Positions 8,280-16,699 of a stretch of DNA of 51,873 nt are shown here, piece by piece. A program made the position numbers and the translations under genes. The notes under the pieces are model-generated. The model was not told where the DNA came from. It saw only the letters and a list, made by a program, of their open reading frames with translations, and searched no databases. The stretch is from Thermoleophilia bacterium (GTDB lineage Bacteria > Actinomycetota > Thermoleophilia > Gaiellales > Gaiellaceae): positions 1-51,873 of the forward strand of contig PSLH01000003.1 in the NCBI GenBank assembly GCA_040289505.1, read 5' to 3'. Within the stretch, counting starts at the first letter, position 1. Each line of letters begins with the position of its first letter.

Positions 8280-8942
8280 ATGGCCCAGGCCAAGACAAAA
8301 GCGAGGACAGCGCAGCAAGCTCAGCGCGAGCGGGACGATCTTCGGCTCGTCCTTCGGGCCCGCAACGGCGACTGCGCCGCCCGCGACGAGCTCATTCGCC
8401 GCTACACAGGTTTCGTGCGCATGAAGGCGAGCTCCTACTTCCTCGCTGGCGGCGAGGCGGACGACCTCGTCCAGGAGGGGCTGGTCGGCTTGTACAAGGC
8501 TATGCGCGACTTCCGGCCCGACAAGGAGACCTCGTTCCGCAGCTTCGCCGAGCTGTGCGTCACCCGCCAGATCATCACCGCCATCAAGACCGCCACCCGC
8601 TTCAAGCACGGGCCTCTCAATGGCTACGTCTCGTTCAGCCAGGCGCCTGCTGGGCAGGAGGCTGATTCGGACTGCACCCTGGGAGAGGCTCTCCCCGGAT
8701 CGTACGTGGACGAGCCGTCAGTCCAGGTCATCTCCAAGGAGGAGCTGAGAAGCCTCGTCTTCTGCCTGGGGAGCGGGCTCTCCAAGCTGGAGGCAGACAC
8801 GCTCCGTCTCTACTTGGAGGACAACTCCTACGAGGAGATGGCAGAGAAGCTCGGCTGCGACACGAAGACGATCGACAACGCGCTCCAGCGGGTCAAGCGG
8901 AAGATCGTCGCCCACCGGCAGGCTCGCCAGGTGCTCTGGTAG
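8280..8942 (+). CDS. sigH: RNA polymerase sigma factor, SigH (Spo0H) type
   Basis: From memory it closely parallels B. subtilis SigH. Matching stretches are YFLAGGEADDLVQEGLVGLYKAMRDFRPDKETSFRSFAELCVTRQIITAIKTATRFKHGPLNGYVSF and the C-terminal KTIDNALQRVKRKI. Synteny rlmB-yacP-sigH also fits. Confidence 0.85.
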   Translation: MAQAKTKARTAQQAQRERDDLRLVLRARNGDCAARDELIRRYTGFVRMKASSYFLAGGEADDLVQEGLVGLYKAMRDFRPDKETSFRSFAELCVTRQIITAIKTATRFKHGPLNGYVSFSQAPAGQEADSDCTLGEALPGSYVDEPSVQVISKEELRSLVFCLGSGLSKLEADTLRLYLEDNSYEEMAEKLGCDTKTIDNALQRVKRKIVAHRQARQVLW

Positions 8943-8983
8943 ATGGGGCCAGGAGGGAGCCGTCGCCGGTAGGCTCAGGCGGG

Positions 8984-11056
8984 GTGCGGGCGGCGCTCGT
9001 TCTGGGAGTCCTCGCCAGCCTTCTCGCTCTCCCGGCTGCGACCGGGAAGGCAGGAGGCCCGGGCAGGCCCGCGCTCGTGCGCTTCGCCGTCGCGAGCGGG
9101 CGGATCCTGGTGACGACCCCCCGCTACCGCCTCATCCTGAGCGCGGAGAACGGCGCTCTCCTGTCCCTGATCGACCGCCGGGCTCGGATAGCGCTTCTCC
9201 GGGGCCAGAACGGGTGCATGTGGGGAGCGGTGGCGACCGACCTGACGACTGTGTCTGGGTGCGGCTATCGGCCCTCGGGGCCGAGTCGATTCGCCTTCTC
9301 CTGGCGGCAGGAGACCTCCACCCTCGTCCTCCGCTACCTCCCCGATCCCGATGCCGACCGCCGCCTGCGGGCGACGGTGGAGCTGCGGGCGGGCCTCTCC
9401 CAGGTCGATCTCCGCCTCGTCCTCGACAACGACTGGGGTCGGCCACTCTCCAGCGTCCTTCTCCCCGCCGACCTCCTTGCCCCCGTGGCCGCGGCCAAGG
9501 CTGGGTACGCGCCCAACTTCCTCCCCGGCGTTCGCTTCCGGCCAAGCTTCTTCTCCCGCGTCGGCGACAACGTCCTCACCTACCCCGGGCGGTGGGCGTT
9601 CGCCGACTACCTCGCGCTGGACCTGGGGCAGAGCCACCTCGCCCTCTACTCGGTGAGCCCCGCGCCCGCTCCCATCGCCCCCGTCGATCTTGGCTTCATC
9701 CACAACCAGGAGCCCGTCCCATGCTCGGGACCGCTCTTCTGCCTCACCCACGTCTTCCAGACCTGGATCGGCGACGGAGCCAGCTGGTCGAGCCCGCTCG
9801 TGCGGCTGCGCATCGGGGAATCGGCTTCGGAGTCGATCCTCGCCTACCGGAGGGAGAACGGCATCGACCGCTACCCCTCGCTGGCCGAGAAGGTGGGGGA
9901 CCGGCTCAGCGTCCTGGCTCGGGCGCCTCTCGTCAAGGCCGACCCCTGGAAGGGCCTTCCTGCCTTTCGCGAGTGGCCGTCTCAGCTCGGCCGCCTGCCC
10001 TCCCCCTCGCTCCTGCACCCGGTCGCCTTCCAGCCCGGGGGTCACGACGAGAGCTACCCCGACTTTTTGCCCCCCGACCCTCGCTGGGGGACACAGGAAG
10101 AGCTGGCCCGGGTTGTCAGCTCCGCCCACGCCCTGGGTCAGCTGGTCATGCCCTACCTCAACGTCTCCTGGTGGGACGAGCAGGCACCGAGCCTGCGGAG
10201 CCTTTCTCCGCCCCTCGAGCCGGCCGACGTGGCCATGCGCACCTCGTCGGGGGAAGTGGTCAGGGAGCAGTTCGGAAGCCACGACGGCCTGGTCGTCTCC
10301 CCGTGGGCGCTACCTGTGCGTCGGCGGGTGGAGGCGCTCATGGAGGAGTGGCAGCGGGACGTTCCCGTGGACTGCCTGTTCTTCGACCAGATCGGGGCCC
10401 GGCCCTGGCGGCGCGACTTCAACCCGGCTGCTCCCACTCCCCTTGCTTACGCAGACGGCTGGCTGTCCTTGCTTGCCCCGTACAGGGATCGCTGCCTCAT
10501 GGTCGAGGACGGCTGGGATCGCCTAGCCGAGTCGGCGGCAGGCTTCCACGGCGGGATCCTGCTCATGCAGCGGGAGCTCTCTTGGCCCGATCGCCACTGG
10601 GGAGCGGGGACGTGGGAGCCGTATCCCCTCGCCCTCTGGCTCCTCCACGACAAGGTGCTCCTCTACCAGCACGACCTCTACGAGGGCACTATGACCGAGG
10701 ATCCCCAGGCTCTCGCCTTCAACCTCGCCTTCGGGCTCGTCCTCTCCGGGCGCTGGCAGCCGGGGACAGGGAGCGACTCCTGGCTCGCGCTCAGCGGCCG
10801 CCTGCAGCGCCTGCTTGGGCCCTACTACGCCGGCCGGCCCTTCCTTTCCTACCGCTTTCTCGCTCCCTCGGTGACGAAGAGCGAGTTCTCCGGCGGCTAC
10901 ACGGTGGTCGTCAACTGGAGCGAGCAGGAGCCCTACGACCTGGACGGCTACCGGATCGCCCCGCTTGGCTTCCTGGCGCGGGCGGACGGGCGCTTCCTGG
11001 CGGGAGCGCTTGGGGATACCTGGCGGGAGGTCGTGGTGGAGGACGGATCGCGCTAG
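8984..11056 (+). CDS. large secreted protein of unknown function (possibly glycoside-hydrolase-like fold)
   Basis: The 690-aa ORF has an N-terminal signal peptide (MRAALVLGVLASLLALPAATGKA). Its composition is balanced and rich in W/Y/F/D, unlike the Arg/Pro-rich alternative frames. I cannot name a family with confidence. Confidence 0.7.
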   Translation: MRAALVLGVLASLLALPAATGKAGGPGRPALVRFAVASGRILVTTPRYRLILSAENGALLSLIDRRARIALLRGQNGCMWGAVATDLTTVSGCGYRPSGPSRFAFSWRQETSTLVLRYLPDPDADRRLRATVELRAGLSQVDLRLVLDNDWGRPLSSVLLPADLLAPVAAAKAGYAPNFLPGVRFRPSFFSRVGDNVLTYPGRWAFADYLALDLGQSHLALYSVSPAPAPIAPVDLGFIHNQEPVPCSGPLFCLTHVFQTWIGDGASWSSPLVRLRIGESASESILAYRRENGIDRYPSLAEKVGDRLSVLARAPLVKADPWKGLPAFREWPSQLGRLPSPSLLHPVAFQPGGHDESYPDFLPPDPRWGTQEELARVVSSAHALGQLVMPYLNVSWWDEQAPSLRSLSPPLEPADVAMRTSSGEVVREQFGSHDGLVVSPWALPVRRRVEALMEEWQRDVPVDCLFFDQIGARPWRRDFNPAAPTPLAYADGWLSLLAPYRDRCLMVEDGWDRLAESAAGFHGGILLMQRELSWPDRHWGAGTWEPYPLALWLLHDKVLLYQHDLYEGTMTEDPQALAFNLAFGLVLSGRWQPGTGSDSWLALSGRLQRLLGPYYAGRPFLSYRFLAPSVTKSEFSGGYTVVVNWSEQEPYDLDGYRIAPLGFLARADGRFLAGALGDTWREVVVEDGSR

Positions 11057-11068
11057 GCTGGCCGTGCC

Positions 11069-11141
11069 GCCGGAGTAGCTCAGCTGGCAGAGCAGCCGCC
11101 TTGTAAGCGGCAGGCCGCGGGTTCGAGTCCCGCCTCCGGCT
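11069..11141 (+). tRNA. tRNA-Thr (anticodon TGT)
   Basis: Manual cloverleaf: acceptor GCCGGAG/CTCCGGC, D arm GCTC-AGCTGGCA-GAGC, anticodon arm GCCGC-CTTGTAA-GCGGC, T arm GCGGG-TTCGAGT-CCCGC, discriminator T. No encoded CCA. Confidence 0.9.
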
Positions 11142-12149
11142 TCACAGCGCAGCGAGGGCTTGCTCCAGGTCGCTCCACAGCTCCTCCACGTCCTCCAGGC
11201 CGACGCTCAGGCGTAAGAGCCCTGCCGGGACGCGCTCGCCTTCCCAGCGCCGGCGCGCCTCCAGGGTGGAGGTGACGCCTCCTAGGCTCGTGGCGTTGCG
11301 GATGACCCGCAGAGATGTCTCCACCTTCCGGGCATCGCCCTCCACGTCGAAGGAGAGAAGGCCGCCGAACCCGCCCTGCATGTAGCGGGCCGCGCGCGGG
11401 TCGGGGCCGAGCCCTGGGTAGCGAACTCGGGCCACTGCCGGATGGGCATCGAGCCGGCGAGCGAGCTCGAGGGCCGTCTGCGACTGGCGCTCCACCCGGA
11501 GGGCGAGCGTCCTCAGGGAGCGGAGGAGGAGCCAGGCGGCGTCCGGGGAGGCCACGGCCCCGGTACGCCCACGCAGGGCGAGCAAGCGGGCGTAGTGCTC
11601 CTCGTAGCGGCAGACGAGGGCGCCCAAGAGGAGGTCGTGGTGCCCACCCAGGTACTTGGTGGCGCTGTGCAGGACGAGGTCGGCGCCGTGCTCGAGCGGG
11701 CGCACGAGGACGGGGGTGGAGGCGGTGGCGTCCACGAGCACGGTGCCAGGATGGGCGGAGGCGGCCTCCAAGTCGGGGAAGGTGAGGAAGGGGTTGGAGG
11801 GGGCCTCCAGCCACACGAGGTCGGCATCTTCGGGGGGAGGGCCGGTCTGGTCGAACTCGAGCAGCCGCAGCCCCCAGGCCTCGAGCTCGCGCACGAGCAG
11901 GGCGGTGCCGTAGTAGGCTCCGTGGGCCACAGCCACGGTCTGTCCTGGCCGAGCCAGCCCGAGCAGGGCGGCGGTGGCCGCGGCGGCGCCCGAGGGGAAG
12001 AGAAGGGCTCGGCCGCCCTCGAGAGCGCCCAGAGCCCGCTCGGCCTCGACCCCCGTGGGGTGACTGTAGCGGGCGTAGAAGAACGGCCCCGGCTCTCCCT
12101 CCTCGTAAGGCCAGATAGTCGAGCGGTCGATACTCGTGCTCTCGGTCAC
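11142..12149 (-). CDS. Cys/Met-metabolism PLP-dependent enzyme (cystathionine gamma-synthase/beta-lyase family)
   Basis: Contains [43 protein letters not shown] and [19 protein letters not shown] (PLP-lysine motif). The stop codon abuts the tRNA-Thr 3' end. Confidence 0.85.
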   Translation of the reverse strand: MTESTSIDRSTIWPYEEGEPGPFFYARYSHPTGVEAERALGALEGGRALLFPSGAAAATAALLGLARPGQTVAVAHGAYYGTALLVRELEAWGLRLLEFDQTGPPPEDADLVWLEAPSNPFLTFPDLEAASAHPGTVLVDATASTPVLVRPLEHGADLVLHSATKYLGGHHDLLLGALVCRYEEHYARLLALRGRTGAVASPDAAWLLLRSLRTLALRVERQSQTALELARRLDAHPAVARVRYPGLGPDPRAARYMQGGFGGLLSFDVEGDARKVETSLRVIRNATSLGGVTSTLEARRRWEGERVPAGLLRLSVGLEDVEELWSDLEQALAAL

Positions 12150-12167
12150 GTGTTGTAGGCTGCGGCC

Positions 12168-12950
12168 GTGCTCGCGTTCTCCCGCCGGCTTTTGCTCTTT
12201 TCCTCCCTGCTCGCTCTCGCCATGGCAGCCTGGATTATCACCGTGGAGCGGATGCGGGGCATGGACGCGGGACCGGGAACCGACCTGGGCTCACTCGGCT
12301 GGTACCTCGGCGTCTGGGTCACCATGATGGCGGGGATGATGCTGCCCTCGGTGGCGCCCGTCGCTCTCCTCTTCGCCCGGGTGACCGCGGAGCGGGCCAG
12401 GCGGAAGCAGAGTTTCGTGCCCGTGTGGGTGTTCGTGGTCGGCTACCTCGTCGTCTGGACTGCCCTAGGTCTGGTCGCCTACGGCCTCTATCGGGCTGTC
12501 GCCGCCAGCGCCGGCGATCTTTTGGCCTGGGATCGAGGTGGCCCCTACGTCGCCGGAGGGGCGGTGGCGGTAGCCGGCCTGTACGAGCTGACCCCGCTCA
12601 AGCAGGCTTGCCTTCGCCACTGCCGAACGCCGCTCCACTTCCTCCTGCACGGTTGGCGTCGGGGCTGGGCGGGGGCAGTCCGGATGGGGGCCGAGCACGG
12701 CGCCTTCTGCATGGGGTGCTGCTGGGCGCTCATGCTGGCCCTGTTCGCGCTGGGGCTGATGAGCCTGTTTTGGATGGCGGCGCTAGCAGGGGTGATCTTC
12801 CTGGAGAAGATCGCCCCCGGGGGAGAGCGGCTGACCAAGGTCGTGGCCATCGCCTTCGTAGCGCTGGGGATCTGGGTCGCCGCCGCCCCGGATACGGTGC
12901 CTGGCCTTACAGAGCCCCAGGGGGCGTCCATGGGCATGGTAGGTCGATAG
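12168..12950 (+). CDS. DUF2182-type metal-binding integral membrane protein
   Basis: A polytopic membrane protein with MRGMDAGPG, LGVWVTMMAGMMLPS, LKQACLRHCRTPLHFLL and HGAFCMGCCWALMLALF, which are typical of DUF2182. The start may instead be the internal ATG at 12222. Confidence 0.75.
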   Translation: MLAFSRRLLLFSSLLALAMAAWIITVERMRGMDAGPGTDLGSLGWYLGVWVTMMAGMMLPSVAPVALLFARVTAERARRKQSFVPVWVFVVGYLVVWTALGLVAYGLYRAVAASAGDLLAWDRGGPYVAGGAVAVAGLYELTPLKQACLRHCRTPLHFLLHGWRRGWAGAVRMGAEHGAFCMGCCWALMLALFALGLMSLFWMAALAGVIFLEKIAPGGERLTKVVAIAFVALGIWVAAAPDTVPGLTEPQGASMGMVGR

Positions 12951-12953
12951 GTC

Positions 12954-13499
12954 TCAGGCCGCCGAGACCGGGCTCGCTCCAGTTCTGAGGTGGCTTCCGT
13001 GCCTGACCGGAGCGAGGGAGCTGTGCGAGTCCCGGAGCTCGAAGGCGATGGGGCCGCGGCCCACCGTCCGGGTGGCCTCGGCTGTCTCCGCCGACTCGTC
13101 CCGTCCCGTGTACTCGAAGCCGTTGGGGATCGTCACCACCACCCGGTACGGATCGGGGGGATCGATACCCCGCAGCGTCTCCGACTCCGTCTCCTAGGCC
13201 TCTCCTACCGCCACTCGGGCCGAGCGGGTGGCCGGGTCGACCTCGAGCTGGAAGTCGGCGATCACCGGCTCGTGCACCGTGGGACAGATCGCGGCCATGA
13301 TCTCGGCGATGGTGTCGCCGTGCCGGCCGCTCAGGATGCAGAAGAGGGCGTCCCGCTGAGCGTCGCCCATCATCCCCTCGCAGTAGCCGCGCGTAGGTTG
13401 GGCGTTGAGGTCGCGAAGACAGCGGAAGTCGCAGTTGCAGCTCCTGACCCAGGGCCCCTCCATGTACCAGTCGGTCATCGTGATGCACCAGTCGGTCAT
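12954..13499 (-). pseudogene. DUF1326-like gene interrupted by one in-frame TAG (13194-13196)
   Basis: The ORFs 13194..13499 and 12954..13142 are in the same frame. My translation across the gap reads ..ARVAVGEA*ETESETLRGIDPPDPYRVVVTIPNGFEYTG... The N-terminus WYMEGPWVRSCNCDFRC fits DUF1326, the usual partner of DUF2182. Confidence 0.6.
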
Positions 13500-13504
13500 C
13501 GTGC
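13463..13504. repeat. imperfect 21-bp tandem duplication (19/21) covering the DUF1326 start-codon region
   Basis: TGTACCAGTCGGTCATCGTGA (13463-13483) is followed by TGCACCAGTCGGTCATCGTGC (13484-13504). On the coding strand this gives MTDWCIT-MTDWYME, with two alternative ATG starts. Confidence 0.85.
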
Positions 13505-13554
13505 CTTTTTGGCGCGGGGCAAAACACCAAGGCGGGGGGTACGCCCAGGCGCAA

Positions 13555-13594
13555 TGTCAAGCTCTCGTCTCCTCTGTCAAGCTCTCGTCTCCTC
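13555..13594. repeat. perfect 20-bp tandem direct repeat upstream of pccB
   Basis: TGTCAAGCTCTCGTCTCCTC occurs at 13555-13574 and again at 13575-13594. The second copy runs into a 15-bp palindrome TCTCCTC-T-GAGGAGA (13588-13602). The repeat lies about 45 nt upstream of the pccB ATG. Confidence 0.95.
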
Positions 13595-13638
13595 TGAGGA
13601 GATGACTGCTCGGCTCTCGGCGTGAGACGATAGGCCCC

Positions 13639-15204
13639 ATGGCTAAGAACGAGCACTCGACCGAGGCCAAGCTGCGCCAGCTTGCCTCCCTGCGCGAGGA
13701 GGCAGGGCGGCAGGCAAGTCCCCAGGCCGTGGAGCGCCAGCGGGCCCAAGGCAAGCTGCTTGCCCGGGAGCGGCTGGAGAGGCTGCTGGACCCAGGCTCC
13801 TTCGTCGAGCTCGACCGCTACGTCCGCCACCGGGAGTGGAACTTCGGCATGCTCGAGCGGAGGCCTTACGGGGACGCCGTCGTCACCGGCTACGGCACCA
13901 TCTTCGGCCGGCGAGTGTTCGTGTTCTCCCAGGACTTCACCATCTTCGGCGGCTCCCTGTCCGAGGCCTTCGCCGAGAAGGTGTGCAAGGTGATGGACTT
14001 GGCGCTCAAGTACGGCTGCCCCGTGATCGGGATCAACGACTCGGGAGGGGCCCGTATCCAGGAGGGGGTGGTGTCCTTGGCCGGCTACGCGGAGATCTTC
14101 TGGCGCAACGTCCAGGCCTCGGGGGTCATCCCTCAGATCTCCCTGGTCATGGGCCCCTGCGCCGGCGGGGCCGTCTACTCGCCAGCTATCACCGACTTCA
14201 TCCTCATGGTGGAGGGCACCTCCTACATGTTCATCACCGGCCCCGACGTCGTGAAGGCGGTGACGGGAGAGGCAGTCACCTTCGAGGAGCTGGGGGGAGC
14301 GGCCACCCATGCCGCCAAGTCGGGCGTAGCCCACTTCATCAGCCCCGACGAGGAGGCGTGCCTGGAGGACGCGCGGTACCTCCTTTCCTTCTTGCCCCAG
14401 AACAACGCCGAGCCGCCTCCCTACGCGCCCCCTACCGACCCCTCCGATCGGGAGGAGCCCGAGCTCGACAGCCTCGTCCCCGACGACCCGGCCAAGCCCT
14501 ACGACATGAAGCGGGTCATCGAGCTGGTCGTGGACGACGGCGAGTTCCTGGAGGTGCACGAGCGCTTCGCCGAGAACATCGTCTGCGGCTTCGCTCGCCT
14601 GGGCGGCCACGTGGTGGGAGTAGTGGGAAACCAGCCGCGTACCTTGGCCGGAGTGCTCGACATCGACTCCTCGGTCAAGGCAGCCCGGTTCGTCCGCACC
14701 TGCGACTGCTTCAACATCCCGCTCCTCACGTTCGTGGACGTGCCCGGCTTTCTGCCCGGAACCGACCAGGAGTGGCGGGGGATCATCCGCCACGGGGCCA
14801 AGCTCCTGTACGCCTATGCGGAGGCCACCGTCCCCAAGCTGGCCGTGATCACGCGCAAGGCGTACGGAGGGGCCTACGACGTGATGAGCTCCAAGCACAT
14901 CCGCGGTGACTTCAACTTCGCCTGGCCCACGGCCGAGGTGGCGGTGATGGGGCCGGAGGGGGCGGTGAACATCGTCTTCCGGCGGGAGATCGAGGCGGCG
15001 GAGGACCCCGAGGCCCAGCGCGCAGAGCTGATCCGCGAGTACCGCGAGCGCTTCGCCAACCCCTACGTCGCCGCCGAGCGCGGCTACGTGGACGACGTGA
15101 TCGAGCCCCGGCGGACGCGGCCGGTCATCATCGACGCGCTGGAGACAGCCCGGACGAAGCGCGAGCGCCGCCCGCCCCGAAAGCACGGCAATATCCCGCT
15201 GTAG
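13639..15204 (+). CDS. pccB: acyl-CoA (propionyl/methylmalonyl-CoA) carboxylase carboxyltransferase beta subunit
   Basis: The 521-aa ORF contains [62 protein letters not shown] and the C-terminal half [44 protein letters not shown]. Confidence 0.9.
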   Translation: MAKNEHSTEAKLRQLASLREEAGRQASPQAVERQRAQGKLLARERLERLLDPGSFVELDRYVRHREWNFGMLERRPYGDAVVTGYGTIFGRRVFVFSQDFTIFGGSLSEAFAEKVCKVMDLALKYGCPVIGINDSGGARIQEGVVSLAGYAEIFWRNVQASGVIPQISLVMGPCAGGAVYSPAITDFILMVEGTSYMFITGPDVVKAVTGEAVTFEELGGAATHAAKSGVAHFISPDEEACLEDARYLLSFLPQNNAEPPPYAPPTDPSDREEPELDSLVPDDPAKPYDMKRVIELVVDDGEFLEVHERFAENIVCGFARLGGHVVGVVGNQPRTLAGVLDIDSSVKAARFVRTCDCFNIPLLTFVDVPGFLPGTDQEWRGIIRHGAKLLYAYAEATVPKLAVITRKAYGGAYDVMSSKHIRGDFNFAWPTAEVAVMGPEGAVNIVFRREIEAAEDPEAQRAELIREYRERFANPYVAAERGYVDDVIEPRRTRPVIIDALETARTKRERRPPRKHGNIPL

Positions 15205-15492
15205 CCCCATCGATCCTGCTTGAGCAAGGGGCTCTGGGCGCCGCATGACCCGGGCCAGGGGATCGCCGGCGACGCTCGCCGCCGAGCCCATCGCTCTTTT
15301 CCACCCTCGACGGCCGATCGGCTACAGGGAAGACGAGACCGTCCTAGCGTGATACACCCCCCAAGGGGGATCCGAGCCCCCTTCGGTCACGGTAGCGAAG
15401 GAGACATGACGTGTCTGTCTTTCTTCTGCGCCAATTGCGTGCCTGCGTCCGTGCGCTCTCGCGACAGGCGTCCCTCGTGTCCGGATCGCCTT

Positions 15493-16623
15493 CTACCAAG
15501 CTCCTTTGCCCAGGCTTCCCCGGAGGGCCGAGTCCACGGTCATGCCGGCGTAGAGAGCGGCCGCCAGGGGAAGAGCCAGGCACCAGCCCGGGCCGAGCCC
15601 GAAGTAGCGCACGGCCGGGCGGAAGCTGGCCGCGGAGGCGATCCAGGCAAGGCCCCCCAGGGCGCCCAAGGAGGCTGCTGCCTGCCCGTCCTCGGTGGCC
15701 AGGGCAAGGCCGACCTCAGCCGGCGGCAGGAGGAAGAGGAGCCCTAGGCCGGCCAGCGTGCCGGCCACGAGCATCCAGGAGAAGCGAAGCTGCTCGAAGG
15801 CGGTGCGCCGCACCATCCTCCAGGCGCTGGCCAGGTCGTGGGCGCGCAGGCTGGTCACCTCGCCCTGGCTCAGGGTCAGGTGGATCCGCCCCCCACAGCC
15901 CTTCACGGCTCGGGCCAAGCCAACGTCGTCGATCACCCGATCGCGGATGGCGGCGAAGCCGCCGGCCTGGTCGAGCGCTTGCCGGCGGACGAGCACGCAG
16001 CCTCCGGCCGCCGCTGCCGCTCTCCGGCCTGGATCGTTGACGAGACGGGGCGGGTAGAGGAGGAAGAAGAAGTAGAGGAAGGCAGGGATGAGCAGGCGCT
16101 CGGCCAGCGACCGACAGCGGAGGCGAGCCATGCGGCTATTCAGGGCCAGCCCCGCCTGCTCGCTCTCTCTCACCAGCGCGCGGAGCGAGCGCGGCTGGTG
16201 GCGGATGTCGGCGTCGGTGAGAAGGAGGTAGTCGTAGTCCATCCCCGTGGCCCGTCGCGCCTGCTCGAGCGCCCACACCTTCCCTGCCCAGCCGACAGGG
16301 AGGGGAGAGCCGGCGAGCACCGTCAGCCGGGGGTGGTCGATAGCCCTCGCCACCTCGCCTGTCCCGTCGCTCGAGCGGTCGTCGACCAGTACCACCCTCC
16401 ACCTCCCTGGGTAGTCCTGGGCGAGGAGGCTCGGCAGCGTGCAGGGTAGGAGCGCGGCCTCGTTGCGGGCAGGCACGAGCACGGCGACCGAGGGCCAGGG
16501 GGCGGACGGAGAGAAGGAGGGATCCCCTTCCTCGTCCGGGCGGGGGTGCCAGGCTGGGAGGCGGGAACAAAAGAGGGCCGCCCACGCTGCCAGCGACGCC
16601 GCTCCGGCGGCGACCAGCGCCAT
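15493..16623 (-). CDS. family 2 glycosyltransferase with membrane-spanning C-terminal region
   Basis: The GT-A core reads VAVLVPARNEAALL..LLAQDYP..VVLVDDRSSDGT..LLLTDADIRH, followed by hydrophobic helices. ATG 16623 is chosen because it is followed by a TM helix. The ORF is open to 16749. Confidence 0.8.
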   Translation of the reverse strand: MALVAAGAASLAAWAALFCSRLPAWHPRPDEEGDPSFSPSAPWPSVAVLVPARNEAALLPCTLPSLLAQDYPGRWRVVLVDDRSSDGTGEVARAIDHPRLTVLAGSPLPVGWAGKVWALEQARRATGMDYDYLLLTDADIRHQPRSLRALVRESEQAGLALNSRMARLRCRSLAERLLIPAFLYFFFLLYPPRLVNDPGRRAAAAAGGCVLVRRQALDQAGGFAAIRDRVIDDVGLARAVKGCGGRIHLTLSQGEVTSLRAHDLASAWRMVRRTAFEQLRFSWMLVAGTLAGLGLLFLLPPAEVGLALATEDGQAAASLGALGGLAWIASAASFRPAVRYFGLGPGWCLALPLAAALYAGMTVDSALRGSLGKGAW

Positions 16624-16699
16624 CTCGACCTCGAGCACGCCCAGACTCTGCCAGGCGGGCGCGAGGCGAGGCGGACGAGCTCGAGGTACTCTCCTGCCG

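Noticed and set aside
13194-13196. In-frame TAG as programmed recoding (pyrrolysine or read-through)
   Set aside because: There are no pyl genes or recoding signals in the window, and DUF1326 proteins are not known to me as recoded. A nonsense mutation or base-call error is more parsimonious.
12907-15291. 794-aa minus-strand ORF, the longest in the track
   Set aside because: It is antisense to the clearly homologous pccB gene. Its product is Arg/Gly/Pro/Asp-rich low-complexity sequence with no recognisable motifs. This is a typical shadow ORF of very GC-rich DNA.
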